A DNA stretch of 39,591 nucleotides from Planctomycetota bacterium (GTDB lineage: Bacteria; Planctomycetota; UBA11346), in NCBI GenBank assembly GCA_038213805.1, contig JBBQSO010000047.1, positions 1 to 39,591 on the forward strand, in the 5' to 3' direction. Each line of letters starts with the position of its first letter. Positions within the stretch are counted from its first letter, which is position 1. This document shows, one piece after another, positions 29,498 through 39,098 of this stretch. Position numbers and translations under genes: made by a program. The notes beneath the pieces are model-generated. The model was not told where the DNA came from. It did no database searches and saw only the letters and a program-made list of their open reading frames with translations.

Positions 29498-29585
29498 CGA
29501 GTTACGGGTTACGAGTCGCGAGCTGCGAACGCGGAACGCGAAACGCTAAACTCGTAGCTCGTAGCTCGTAGCTCACGACTCGCGC
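29498..29585. repeat. Inverted array of degenerate heptamers between convergent genes
   Basis: Left arm cgagtta-cgggtta-cgagtcg-cgagctg; right arm (ctcgtag)x3-ctcacga-ctcgcg; the arms are mutually complementary. Confidence 0.7.
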
Positions 29586-29591
29586 CCCCCC

Positions 29592-31016
29592 TCACGACAA
29601 TTCCGGCAGCAACCGCGTCCCGCAGCCGAACGGCTTGGGCAGGGTCACGCCGGCGCGCGCCAGGGTCGCGGTGTGCAGATCGCCGATGGTGCCGCTCTTG
29701 AGCTTGACGTGGCGGCCGGGGCGGATGGTGCCGCCGCCGCGCCCCGCGAGGATGGTGGGCAGGCGGCGGAACTCGTGACCGCCGTGGTCCATGCCCGAAC
29801 CCCACAGCATGATGCAGTTGTCCAGCAGCGTGCCGGCGCCCTCCTTGAGGGTGTGCATGCGTCCGATGATGTAGGCGAATTGTTCGACCGCCAAGTGGTC
29901 GATGCGCGTCACCTTGGCGATCTTCTCCGGGTTGTTGTCGAGGTGGCTGAGCTCGTGGTGGCTGTCGGTGATGCCGATCTCGGGATAGGTGTCGGAGTGG
30001 ACGTGCGCGCCGATCAGCGTGCACACCCGCGTAAGATCGGTCTGGAAGGCCAGGATCATCAAATCGCCCATCAGGCGGACGTGCTCGCTCCACTTCAGCG
30101 CGCCACCCGGGATCTTCACCGCGATCGGTGGCGAGGTCGCGCCCGCCGCCTGCGCCTTGCCGCCGGCCCTGGTGCGCGTCGCGGCCTCGGCCTGCTGGCG
30201 TTCGATGGCGGTGACGCGCTGCTCGAGCGAACGCATGGTGTCGAGGTAGTCGTCCAGGCGGCGCTGGTCGGCACTGCCGACGCGCCCGCGCAGGTCCTTG
30301 GCGCCGCCCAGGATCAGGTCAAGCATGCTGCGATCGAGCGACTCCTCGCCCGGCGCGCCGCCGTTCGCGGCAAAGGCCGCCGCATCGACGGCCGGGCCGC
30401 CGCGCCGCCGCGGAGTCGACTGACGCGACGAGAACAGGCGCTTGAAGACGTTCGCCGGACTGGTCTCGAGCGGCAGCGGCTGGGTGGCGGTGCGGTAGTT
30501 GCCGGTGGTGTAGTAGCGGTTGTTGGTGCCCTGCTCGCCCAAGCCGCTGGCAGCGTTGTCGCGCCAGCCCAGCTCCAGCGACGGCACCACCGTGTACTGG
30601 CCGATGCGCCCCGCCGCGACCTGGTCGGCCGAGGGTGCGATGTCGATGTCGGCGAGGCGGTCGTGGTTGGGCAGCCACGCCGTCAGCCACGCGGCCAGCT
30701 CGCGGGTGTGCGGCGCGTAGGGCTTGCCGTTCTCCGGCCCGCCCAGGCCGTCCAGCAGCAGGCACTCGCCCGCCACGCCGCGCAGCGGTTCCAGGTTCTT
30801 CGATAGCGTCACGGTAAAGGTCGACGGGTCGCTCGGCCAGAAGTCCGGCATGTACACGCCGCATGGGTGGTACATGTAGCCGAGGCGCACCGGCGGCTTG
30901 GCCGCGCCGCCGGGTGGCGTCTCAGCCCAGCCCATGGCTTCCAGCAGGGGCAGGCCGAGCGCGGCGCCGACGCCCTGCAGGCAGGTGCGGCGGGAGATGA
31001 GCCAGGGTTTGCGCAT
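29592..31016 (-). CDS. DUF1552-family protein (PVC-type, Tat-like signal)
   Basis: ISRRTCLQGVGAALGLPLLEAM, SADQVAAGRIG..T.VPSLELG, DQRRLDDYLDTMRSLE, LAFQTDLTRV, HHELSH, GTLLDN. Confidence 0.9.
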   Translation of the reverse strand: MRKPWLISRRTCLQGVGAALGLPLLEAMGWAETPPGGAAKPPVRLGYMYHPCGVYMPDFWPSDPSTFTVTLSKNLEPLRGVAGECLLLDGLGGPENGKPYAPHTRELAAWLTAWLPNHDRLADIDIAPSADQVAAGRIGQYTVVPSLELGWRDNAASGLGEQGTNNRYYTTGNYRTATQPLPLETSPANVFKRLFSSRQSTPRRRGGPAVDAAAFAANGGAPGEESLDRSMLDLILGGAKDLRGRVGSADQRRLDDYLDTMRSLEQRVTAIERQQAEAATRTRAGGKAQAAGATSPPIAVKIPGGALKWSEHVRLMGDLMILAFQTDLTRVCTLIGAHVHSDTYPEIGITDSHHELSHLDNNPEKIAKVTRIDHLAVEQFAYIIGRMHTLKEGAGTLLDNCIMLWGSGMDHGGHEFRRLPTILAGRGGGTIRPGRHVKLKSGTIGDLHTATLARAGVTLPKPFGCGTRLLPELS

Positions 31017-31034
31017 GGGATGGTCCTGTGGGTC

Positions 31035-33470
31035 TCAGCGTTCGGTGCGGCGGTTCAGGAAGGGGTAGCTGGTGGCGACGGCCACGACCAGGCTCTGCAG
31101 CTTGCAGCCGTCCAGGGCGACCGCGGCCGCGAGATCGTCGGCGACGATCTCGTCGTAGCCCGCCAGGCTGCGGCACAGCGCGTGCGCGAGCAGGCGACCG
31201 GCGAGGGCGCGGCAGATCTCGTCGCGGCGCGCGGCCAAGGCGCGTTTCAGCTCGTGCGGGCTGTGGAAGGCGCCACTGCCGGGCAGTTCTCCGGTCGCAT
31301 CGACGGCCAGGCCGGTGTCGTCGCGCTCGCGCCAGCGCCCGAGCGGATCGAAATTCTCCAGCCCGAAGCCGAGCGGGTCGAGCACGCGGTGGCAGCCGGC
31401 GCAGGCCGGGTCGCGGCGGTGCAGTTCAGTACGCTGGCGCAGGTTCAGGCCCGCGTTGGCCGGGGTGTCCTGTTGTTCGAGCGCGGCGACGTTCATCGGC
31501 GGCTGCGGTGCGGACTGGCCAAGGATCTGCTCCAGGACCCAGCGCCCGCGTTTTACCGGACTGGTGCGGTTGGGCAGCGAAGTCACCGCCAGCACGCCCG
31601 GCATGGTGAGCAGGCCGCCGCGGTTGACGTCGGTCAGCGCCACGCGGCGCAGCTGCGGCCCCTTCACCTCGCCCTCGAGCCCATAGAGTTTCGCCAACGG
31701 CCCGTTGAGATACGTGAAGTCGGCGTCGATCAGCTCGAGCAGGCTGCGGTCCTCGCGCAGCACCGCGCCGAAGAACTGCACCACCTCGTCGTACATCGCG
31801 CGGCGCAGCGCCGGGGTCATCTGCGGGAAGCGCTGCTCATCGACGGGCAGGGCGTCGAGGCGGTCGAGGCCGAGCCACGGCGCGGCGAAGCTGTCGAAGA
31901 AGGCGGACGAGCGCGGATCCGCGATCAGACGGCGCACCTGCTGCGCGAGCCGCGCCGGCTCGTGCAGGGTGCCGGCGTCGGCGAGCGCGGACAGCTCGTC
32001 GTCGGGCATGGTCGACCACAGGAAATACGACAGGCGCGCGGCCAGCTCGTGATCGCCGAGCGGGGTCACACCCGCGGGATCGTCGCCGCCGCTGTCGCCG
32101 GTGATGAACAGGAACTGCGGCGACACCAGCGCGCCCTTGAGCATCAGCTTGACCGCCTCCGAGAACACCTCGTCCTGGCCGTCGGCAAGGTCGAAGACGC
32201 TGAGCAGCACGTCGATCTCGGCCGCCGTCGCCGGCCGGCGGTAGGCGCGCCGCGCGAAGTCGGTGGCGATGCGCCGCGCCGCCTCGCGCTTTGCTAGATC
32301 CTTGCCCGGCACGGCGGTGAACAGCCGGCGCTGTGCGGCCGACGGCGCCTGCCCAGGCGGACCGACCAGGTCGATGGTCTCGATCAGCAACGTGCGCACG
32401 GTCGGCGGCGCGAGCGGTTTGGCGGGCTCTTTCGCCACCGGCGCCTTGCCCGCAGGCGGACGGGGCGACGCCGCCGGCGGCGGACCCGGGCGCGGTGCGG
32501 CGGCGGGCGGAGCGGGCTTGACTGGCGGCGGCTCCATCGCCTCGATGAAGGGGTTGACGACGATCAGCGCCAGGCTGGTGCGCCCGGCGGGCAGCTTGCA
32601 GGTCAGCGAATAGGTGGCGGGACTCTTGAGCGGCGCGGTGATGGCAAGCTCGCCCACCACGCGCGTGCCACAGCGCACGGCCAGACGCAGCGGCTCCTTG
32701 CCGACGCGTTCGGACGCGGCGCGCACGGTGATGGTGTAGGTGCCGTCGCTGGGCGCCGGAAACAGCGCAGCGAGCTGGCCCGGCCCGACCACACGGCGCT
32801 CGGCGCCCTCAGCGCGACCCGGGTCGGGCTTGCCGTCGACCACCGCGTCGAGTTGACCGGCCTTCCACGAGAGGCGCATCTGCTCGGGACGGATGAGCTG
32901 GTCGAGCGCCTCGTCGGCGACCAGCAGGTACTTCTCCATGAGCACCGGCGCGATGCTGCTGGTGAAGCCGGCGCCCGCGACGTCGCCCGGCAGATCCGCC
33001 GCGACCGCCGGATCGACGCCGAGCAGATCGTGCAGGGTGTTGGCGTATTCGGCGCGCGACAGGCGCCGGAACGCGGACTCGCCCGGATCGCGTGGCGTCA
33101 ACCGGCGCATGCTGCTGAACCATGCCGCCACTTGGCGGCGCTCGTCCGCCGACGGCTGACGCTCGCGCGCGGGCGGCATCTCGTGGGCCAGCAGCTTGGT
33201 GAACCCGTGGGTCAACAGCGAGCGGTCGGCGAAGGCAGCCGCCCCGCTGGAAAGTCCGCTGAGATCGGTGTCGCCCTTGTGCTTGGCCTCGTCATGGCAG
33301 CGCAGGCAATAGGCCGCCAGGATGGGTTTCACGTCATGATCGAAGGCCTTCATCACCGCCGTGGTGCGCGCCTCAAGATCGCCGTCCTCTGCTGCGAGAA
33401 CCAATGCGAATCCGAAAAAATAACTTAAAATACTGTATAGTAAGGACTTATAAATTACTTTGAGGGGCAT
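31035..33470 (-). CDS. DUF1592/DUF1588/DUF1587-type planctomycete c-type cytochrome protein
   Basis: Two CxxCH motifs (CLRCH, CAGCH); RRLSRAEYANTLHDLLG, ELAARLSYFLWSTMPD, TSPVKRGRWVLEQILG, LDPLGFGLENFD; usual partner of DUF1552. Confidence 0.9.
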   Translation of the reverse strand: MPLKVIYKSLLYSILSYFFGFALVLAAEDGDLEARTTAVMKAFDHDVKPILAAYCLRCHDEAKHKGDTDLSGLSSGAAAFADRSLLTHGFTKLLAHEMPPARERQPSADERRQVAAWFSSMRRLTPRDPGESAFRRLSRAEYANTLHDLLGVDPAVAADLPGDVAGAGFTSSIAPVLMEKYLLVADEALDQLIRPEQMRLSWKAGQLDAVVDGKPDPGRAEGAERRVVGPGQLAALFPAPSDGTYTITVRAASERVGKEPLRLAVRCGTRVVGELAITAPLKSPATYSLTCKLPAGRTSLALIVVNPFIEAMEPPPVKPAPPAAAPRPGPPPAASPRPPAGKAPVAKEPAKPLAPPTVRTLLIETIDLVGPPGQAPSAAQRRLFTAVPGKDLAKREAARRIATDFARRAYRRPATAAEIDVLLSVFDLADGQDEVFSEAVKLMLKGALVSPQFLFITGDSGGDDPAGVTPLGDHELAARLSYFLWSTMPDDELSALADAGTLHEPARLAQQVRRLIADPRSSAFFDSFAAPWLGLDRLDALPVDEQRFPQMTPALRRAMYDEVVQFFGAVLREDRSLLELIDADFTYLNGPLAKLYGLEGEVKGPQLRRVALTDVNRGGLLTMPGVLAVTSLPNRTSPVKRGRWVLEQILGQSAPQPPMNVAALEQQDTPANAGLNLRQRTELHRRDPACAGCHRVLDPLGFGLENFDPLGRWRERDDTGLAVDATGELPGSGAFHSPHELKRALAARRDEICRALAGRLLAHALCRSLAGYDEIVADDLAAAVALDGCKLQSLVVAVATSYPFLNRRTER

Positions 33471-33489
33471 GTTGGTCGCGGGCGGTCTA

Positions 33490-33507
33490 TATTATAACGT
33501 TCTAATA
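33490..33507. promoter_or_regulatory. Near-palindromic operator-like site upstream of the DUF1592 gene
   Basis: TATTATAACGTTCTAATA, an 18-bp dyad with one mismatched pair and an AACGTT core, 20 nt before ATG 33470. Confidence 0.45.
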
Positions 33508-33740
33508 AATGGCTCACCGTTTTATGCGTCAGTACCCATCTCCATGTCGCGTTTTTTGCCACGACCTGGCCCCAGCACGTTTCCACGCGTGAACCGTGGG
33601 CACCCCTCATCCCAGCACCCCACCTCCACGCGCGAGGGCGGCCGGGACCACTTCCTCGTCCCCGGTTCAGGATGCAGGAACTCCGGGATGCCAATACCGA
33701 AGCGCACGACCCGCAGCCCACCCGGAACCCCGGACAGACC

Positions 33741-35585
33741 TCAGCGCGCGACCAGCCGCACGAATGCCGCGATCGTGCCGCGGCGGGAGAATCGCCAGCA
33801 CGCCAGCGCGGTGGCGGCGACCGTGAAGCCGGCCAGCACGGCGAGGTCGCCGGCGATGCTGAAGTCGGGCGCGAAGGGCGGCACCAGACTGCCGGCAGCG
33901 TGCTTGAGCAGGTCGACGCCATAGCTGAACGGGTTGAGCTGCGCGGCCCAACGCAGCGACGGAGGCAGGCCCTGCACCGGGTAGAGCGCGCCGCTAAGAA
34001 AGAAGAGCGGGAAGATCACCACGTTGACCATCACCGAGAAGTTCTCGAGCGAGCGCACCCACACCGCCAGCAGCATGCCCATGGCCGCCGCGGCCAGCGC
34101 GGTGGAGACCAGGCCGACCGCGAGCAGCGCGACGTCGCAGCCGCCGAGGTAGCCGCACGCCGCCAGCACGGCGAGCAGCAGCGTGGCCTGCAGCAGTCCC
34201 ACCGCGGCGGACGACAGCAGGCGCGCGAGCACGATCCAGGCGTGGCTGAACGGTGCGAGCAGCAGCATGCGCAGCACGCCGGATTCCTTGTCGAGGACCA
34301 GCGACAAGGACGCGAACATGCCGCCGAAGAGCAGCGCCATCGCCAGCAGACCCGGCGCCAGGAAGCCGCGGTAGCCGGCCTGTCCGCCGCGCCCGATCAA
34401 GCCCTCGACACCGCCACCGATCACCACCAGCCACAGCAGCGGCCGCACCAGCGCGCTGAGCAGCCGCCCGCGCTGCCGCCAGGTGCGACGCAGATCGCGC
34501 ACGATGATCGCGGCGAACGCGACCGCGAGCGGCGCGGGCGCCGCCTGATCCGGGCGCAGGGCAGCGCAGTCGATCTGGAGCGCCCCAGACGCGGACGCAG
34601 AAGGTAACTTAGTCCCGCCTCCGTCCAGCGCATGCCCGCGGGTGCCCGCGTCCTCCATGCCGATCGCCGTCGCCTGAGCTTCGCGCCCGAGCCACAGGTG
34701 GACATCGCCGAGTTCCGGCCGGCGCAGCTGCACGGCGCGGAACGGCGCGAGCAGCGCCGGCGCGAGTTCTGCGAGCGTGAACGCCGGATCGGCGACCCGG
34801 AATACGGTGGTCTCCCCATCCGCGAGCCCCGCGCCGAAGCGCGCCACCAGGGCCGCGGTGTCGCCCGCGCCGCTGACCGCGAGCAGGTGCGCCCCGAGCC
34901 CGGCGACCAGTTCCGCGGGCGTGCCGCCGCCGGCCACGCGGCCGGCGCGCAGGAAGGCGACGCGGTCGCAGTCCGCGGCCTCGTCCATCAGGTGGGTGCT
35001 GACCAGCACGGTCATGCCGTGCGCGGCGCGCAGGCGCGCGATGAAGCGCCACAGCGCGCGGCGGTTGGCCAGGTCGAGACCCGCGGTCGGCTCGTCGAGG
35101 ATCAGCACCGCCGGCCGGTGCAGCACCCCACGCGCAACGTCCAGGGCGCGGCGCTGGCCACCGGACAGCTGGCCCACCGGGGTTCCGGCGCGGCCGCCCA
35201 GCTCGAACAGTTCCAAAGTCTCGGCGATGCGCTGCGCAGCGAGCGCGCGCGGCAGCAGATGCAACGCGGCCGCGAAGTGCAGGTTCTCGGCCGCGCTCAT
35301 GCCGCGGTCGAGGGCCGAGTCCTGGAACACCACCCCCAGCGCGCCGCGCGCCGCCACCGGCGCGCGCACGACATCGTGACCGGCAACCACCGCGCTGCCC
35401 GCGTCCGGCTGCAGCAGCGTGGCCAGCACCTGGATCGCCGTGCTCTTGCCCGCGCCGTTGGCACCAAGCAGCCCGAAGCACTCGCCGGGACGCACCGCGA
35501 GGTCGAGCCCGGCGAGCACGACGCTGTCTGCATAGCGTTTGGCGAGACCGCGGATGTCGATCGCCGCAGCGCCCGCGTCCGTCAC
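33741..35585 (-). CDS. Fused ABC-2-type transporter (ATPase plus permease), PedB/PedC-like
   Basis: GTG 35585 overlaps the pqqE stop; Walker A GANGAGKST, LSGGQ, LILDEP, STH; continues in frame into permease RLLSALVRPLLWL...LDKESGVLRMLLLAP...FPLFFLSGALYP...LNPFSYGVD. Confidence 0.82.
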   Translation of the reverse strand: MTDAGAAAIDIRGLAKRYADSVVLAGLDLAVRPGECFGLLGANGAGKSTAIQVLATLLQPDAGSAVVAGHDVVRAPVAARGALGVVFQDSALDRGMSAAENLHFAAALHLLPRALAAQRIAETLELFELGGRAGTPVGQLSGGQRRALDVARGVLHRPAVLILDEPTAGLDLANRRALWRFIARLRAAHGMTVLVSTHLMDEAADCDRVAFLRAGRVAGGGTPAELVAGLGAHLLAVSGAGDTAALVARFGAGLADGETTVFRVADPAFTLAELAPALLAPFRAVQLRRPELGDVHLWLGREAQATAIGMEDAGTRGHALDGGGTKLPSASASGALQIDCAALRPDQAAPAPLAVAFAAIIVRDLRRTWRQRGRLLSALVRPLLWLVVIGGGVEGLIGRGGQAGYRGFLAPGLLAMALLFGGMFASLSLVLDKESGVLRMLLLAPFSHAWIVLARLLSSAAVGLLQATLLLAVLAACGYLGGCDVALLAVGLVSTALAAAAMGMLLAVWVRSLENFSVMVNVVIFPLFFLSGALYPVQGLPPSLRWAAQLNPFSYGVDLLKHAAGSLVPPFAPDFSIAGDLAVLAGFTVAATALACWRFSRRGTIAAFVRLVAR

Positions 35586-36730
35586 GCGAAACGCCGCGAA
35601 TTCGCCGGATTGCGGTAGTGCGGATCGCCCGCCGGCGCGGCGGCGGCCTCCGCGACCGCGTCGAGCACCACCTGGTGCCGCGGCGACAGCGCGCACACCG
35701 GATCCGCCGCCGCGGCGTCGCCGGTCAGCAGGTACGCCTGGCAGCGGCAGCCGCCGAAATCCTTGAAGCGCTCCGGGCAGGTGCGGCACGGCGCCTGCAT
35801 CCATTCATAACCGCGGAAGCGGTTGAAGGCAGGCGAGTCGCGCCAGATCCAGGCGACGTCGCGCTCGCGCACGTTGGGAAAATCCAGACCCGGCAGGTCG
35901 CGCGCGGCGTGGCAGGGCAGCGCCGCGCCGTCGGGCGCGATGGTCAGGAAGACGTTGCCCCAGCCGTTCATGCATGCCTTGGGGCGCTCCTCGTGGTAGT
36001 CGGGCACCACGTAGAAGATGCGCATCTTGCCGCGGAAACGCTCCTGGTACTCGTGCGCCACCGCCTCGGCCGCGCGCACCTCGTCGCGGGTCGGCAGCAG
36101 CTGCGCGCGGTTGAGCTTCGCCCAGCCGTAGTACTGCGTGGTCGCCAGTTCGACGTAGTCCGCGCCCAGCTCCACGGTCAGGTCGAGGATGGCGCGCACC
36201 TGATGGATGTTGGCCTTGTGGATGACGATGCACAGCGTCAGGGGCAAGCCGCGCGCCTTGACCAGGCGCGCGGCCTCAAGCTTGCGCGCAAAGGTGCGCG
36301 CACCGCCGATGCGGTCGTTGAGCTGCGCGTCGGCCGCCTGGAAGCTGATCTGCACGCTGTCCAGCCCTGCCGCCTCCAGCGCGTCCAGGCGCGCCGCGTC
36401 AAGGCCGACCGCCGAGGTGATGAGGTTGGTGAAGTAGCCCAGGCGGCGCGCCTCCGCGACCAGCTCGACCAGGTCCGGACGCGCCAGCGGCTCGCCGCCG
36501 CTGAAGCCGAGCTGCGCAGCGCCCAGCGCGCGCGCCTCGCGCAGCACGCGCACCCACTCCACGGTGGTCAGTTCGTCCTGAATGCCCGCGTAGCCGAGCG
36601 GGTTGGAGCAGTAGGTGCACTGCAGCGGACAGCGGTAGGTGAGCTCGGCGAGCAGCCACAGCGGGCGCGTCGCCGCAACGCCGGCGGGTACCGTTGACGC
36701 AGCAGCGGAAGGTGCGATCGGCTCAGCCAC
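35582..36730 (-). CDS. pqqE: PQQ biosynthesis radical SAM protein
   Basis: [22 protein letters not shown] (CxxxCxxC), [35 protein letters not shown]...DPVC; start GTG 36730 or ATG 36751. Confidence 0.96.
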   Translation of the reverse strand: MAEPIAPSAAASTVPAGVAATRPLWLLAELTYRCPLQCTYCSNPLGYAGIQDELTTVEWVRVLREARALGAAQLGFSGGEPLARPDLVELVAEARRLGYFTNLITSAVGLDAARLDALEAAGLDSVQISFQAADAQLNDRIGGARTFARKLEAARLVKARGLPLTLCIVIHKANIHQVRAILDLTVELGADYVELATTQYYGWAKLNRAQLLPTRDEVRAAEAVAHEYQERFRGKMRIFYVVPDYHEERPKACMNGWGNVFLTIAPDGAALPCHAARDLPGLDFPNVRERDVAWIWRDSPAFNRFRGYEWMQAPCRTCPERFKDFGGCRCQAYLLTGDAAAADPVCALSPRHQVVLDAVAEAAAAPAGDPHYRNPANSRRFA

Positions 36731-37004
36731 CGGCGATCCATCCGCGCCCATGCGCGACCTCCAGGAATTCGCGCACTCCGCCCGCGAGATCGGCGCCCGG
36801 GAACTGCTGGAGCAGTTCGGCGATGATGCCCGCGGCGTCGCGGCTGCCGTCGCACAGCGCGAGGATCCGCCCGGCGCTGTCGTTGAGCGTGACCATGCCC
36901 TCGGGGAAGAGCAGCACGTGGCAGTCCTGGGCCGGCTCCCACTGGAAGCGGAAGGGGCGGGCGATGGCAAGCGGGCCGGCGGGCGCGGGCATCTCAGCCG
37001 CCAT
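36723..37004 (-). CDS. pqqD: PqqA-binding peptide chaperone
   Basis: [36 protein letters not shown]; lies between pqqC and pqqE. Confidence 0.95.
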   Translation of the reverse strand: MAAEMPAPAGPLAIARPFRFQWEPAQDCHVLLFPEGMVTLNDSAGRILALCDGSRDAAGIIAELLQQFPGADLAGGVREFLEVAHGRGWIAGG

Positions 37005-37758
37005 CCGCGGCGCGCGCGGCCGCGGGTCCGTAGCCCATGTGCGCCAGCCACAGCGCGTCGAGCAGCGCCCACAGGATGTCGAGTTTGAAGCGCAGGATGG
37101 CGAGCACGCGCTCCTGGCCGGCGCGGGTGGTGAAGTGCTCCAGAGTCAGGCGCAGGCCGTGCTCGACATCGCGGCCGGCCTCGGCGATGCGCTGGTGGAA
37201 GTAGGCCAGTCCGCGCGCGTCGACCCACGGGTAGTGCTGCGGCCAGGTCGCCAGTCGCTGGCGGTGGATGTCGGCGGCGAACAGCTCGGTGAGCGAGGCT
37301 GCGACCGCCTCTTGCCAGGGCGCGGTCTCGGCGAAGCGCACGTAGGCGTCGACCGCGAAGCGCACGCCGGGCAGCACGCCGCGCAGCGACCACAAATCGG
37401 CCGACGCGATGCCGACCGCTTCGCCGAGCTGCACCCAGCGCTCGATGCCACCCTCGCCATCCGCGCCGCCGTCGTGATCGAGGATGCGCTGCACCCACGC
37501 GCGCCGCACCGCGCGATCCGGGCAGTTGGCCAGCACCGCAGCGTCCTTGCGCGGGATCGCGATCTGGTAGTAGAAGCGGTTCGCCACCCAGCTGCGCAGC
37601 TGCTCCGGCGTCAGGCGGCCGGCGGACATCGCCACCTGGAAGGGATGGTGGATGTGGTAGGCCGCACCCTGCGCACGCAGCCGCGCCTCGAACTCCGCGC
37701 GCGGCCACGCCGGTCCGTCCGGGTCCGCGTCGGCCGGCGGCGGCAGCCAGGGGATCAC
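36994..37758 (-). CDS. pqqC: Pyrroloquinoline-quinone synthase
   Basis: [54 protein letters not shown]. Confidence 0.96.
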   Translation of the reverse strand: MIPWLPPPADADPDGPAWPRAEFEARLRAQGAAYHIHHPFQVAMSAGRLTPEQLRSWVANRFYYQIAIPRKDAAVLANCPDRAVRRAWVQRILDHDGGADGEGGIERWVQLGEAVGIASADLWSLRGVLPGVRFAVDAYVRFAETAPWQEAVAASLTELFAADIHRQRLATWPQHYPWVDARGLAYFHQRIAEAGRDVEHGLRLTLEHFTTRAGQERVLAILRFKLDILWALLDALWLAHMGYGPAAARAADGG

Positions 37759-38669
37759 AGCGCCAGCTCCATGCCGTCCTCGGCGACCTCGATCCCCAGC
37801 CGCTCGAGTTCGCGCCGCTCGGGCGAGTCCTCGTCCAGGATCGGGTTGGTGTTATTGATGTGGATGAGGATCTTGCGCGGACGCGGGAAGCGCGCGAGCT
37901 GCTCGAGCATGCCGCCGGCGCCGGCGAGCGGCAGGTGGCCCATGTCGCGCGCACGCCTGGGGCTGGTGATGCCGGCGCGCGCCATCTCGTCATCGTGCCA
38001 GCAGGTGCCGTCGATCAGCGCGATGTCCGCCTGGGCCAGTTCGTGGGCGACCGCGCCGTCGACCGCGCCCAGGCCGGGCGCGTAGAACAGGCGCCGGCCG
38101 CTGACCGCGTCCTCCGCGACCAGTCCGAGGTTGTCGCCGGGATGCGGGTCGTCGCGGTGTGGTGAGTAGGGCGGCGCTTTGCTCGCGAGCGGCACCGTGC
38201 GCAGCGTCATGCGCGGGATGCCCGCGACCACGAAGGGCGTACCGTGATCCGGCAGGGTCACGACGTTGAGATCCAGGTAGTGGCCGAGCACCGGGAACAG
38301 CGGCAGGCCGACGCTGAGGTCGGTCCGCACCGGCGCGCTGCACAGCACGGTCAGGGCGCGGCCCTCGCGCAGCGACAGCAGCCCGGTGACGTGGTCGATC
38401 TGCGCGTCCATCAGCAACACCGCGGCGATGCCGGTGGCGCGCACCGGCGTGCCGGGCTGCAGCACGGGGCAGGCGGCGATCTGGGCGCGCACGTCAGGGG
38501 AGGCGTTAACCAGCAGCCAGCGCCCGCCGCCATCGCTGAGCGCGAGCGACGACTGGGTGCGCGCCTTGGCGCGGATGCTGCCGGCGCGCATGTCGGCGCA
38601 GTTCGCGCAGTTGCAGTTCCATTGCGGGAAGCCCCCGCCAGCGGCCGAGCCGAGCACGTGCACCAGCAT
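37755..38669 (-). CDS. pqqB: PQQ biosynthesis protein B (metallo-beta-lactamase fold)
   Basis: [63 protein letters not shown]. Confidence 0.96.
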   Translation of the reverse strand: MLVHVLGSAAGGGFPQWNCNCANCADMRAGSIRAKARTQSSLALSDGGGRWLLVNASPDVRAQIAACPVLQPGTPVRATGIAAVLLMDAQIDHVTGLLSLREGRALTVLCSAPVRTDLSVGLPLFPVLGHYLDLNVVTLPDHGTPFVVAGIPRMTLRTVPLASKAPPYSPHRDDPHPGDNLGLVAEDAVSGRRLFYAPGLGAVDGAVAHELAQADIALIDGTCWHDDEMARAGITSPRRARDMGHLPLAGAGGMLEQLARFPRPRKILIHINNTNPILDEDSPERRELERLGIEVAEDGMELAL

Positions 38670-38767
38670 GACGGGCGTGGCTCCTCGAGGCGCGCGATCA
38701 GGAAGCGGCGCTCGCGAACGGACCGCGGATCACGGCCGGCGCGCGAGCAGGGGGATGCTGGCTCTGC

Positions 38768-38842
38768 TCAGCGGTTCTGGACGTACATCGTCACTTCGAA
38801 ACCGAAACGCAGTTCGACGAAGGCGGGCGCGGTCCAGGTCAT
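38768..38842 (-). CDS. pqqA: PQQ precursor peptide (24 aa)
   Basis: MTWTAPAFVELRFGFEVTMYVQNR with the ExxxY motif; GGAG RBS upstream of ATG 38842. Confidence 0.95.
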   Translation of the reverse strand: MTWTAPAFVELRFGFEVTMYVQNR

Positions 38843-39042
38843 GGCAAGCTCCACGGGGTTTGCGGTCGCCAGCGTGCCCACCCTCCGCCCACGGCAAGCG
38901 GCGATCCCATCAGGCCCCGACCACCGTCTGCATTGGCCCAGGCCGATGCTGCTGAAGCTCGACAACGCCACCCCTCTCCCCACCGTCACACTTCCAGCAC
39001 GTTCCCACTCCCAGCTCCCTCGTTTCGTCTCTCCCCATCTCC

Positions 39043-39066
39043 GCTTCTGCGCTTCTGCGCTTCTGC
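39043..39066 (+). repeat. Tandem 8-mer repeat (GCTTCTGC)x3 in a pyrimidine-rich tract
   Basis: Three exact copies, preceded by degenerate units (atctccgc). Confidence 0.6.
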
Positions 39067-39098
39067 AGTCCGGCCGTCCCCCTCTCAGAGGCTCCCGC

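Noticed and set aside
29498..29585. Repeats considered as a CRISPR array or integron attC site
   Set aside because: Units are 7 nt with no unique spacers; no cas or integrase gene is in the window.
29673..32297. Long plus-strand ORFs (377 aa and 476 aa), and similar ones at 6638-8245, 23097-24377 and 25017-26573
   Set aside because: Antisense shadows of well-supported minus-strand genes.
35586..35804. N-terminal extension of the ABC ORF in the track
   Set aside because: It overlaps pqqE in another frame; GTG 35585 at the pqqE stop is the plausible start.
35582..37993. 803-aa ORF suggesting a giant PqqE fusion
   Set aside because: The N-terminal 420 residues are an off-frame read-through of pqqB, pqqC and pqqD; real PqqE begins near 36730.
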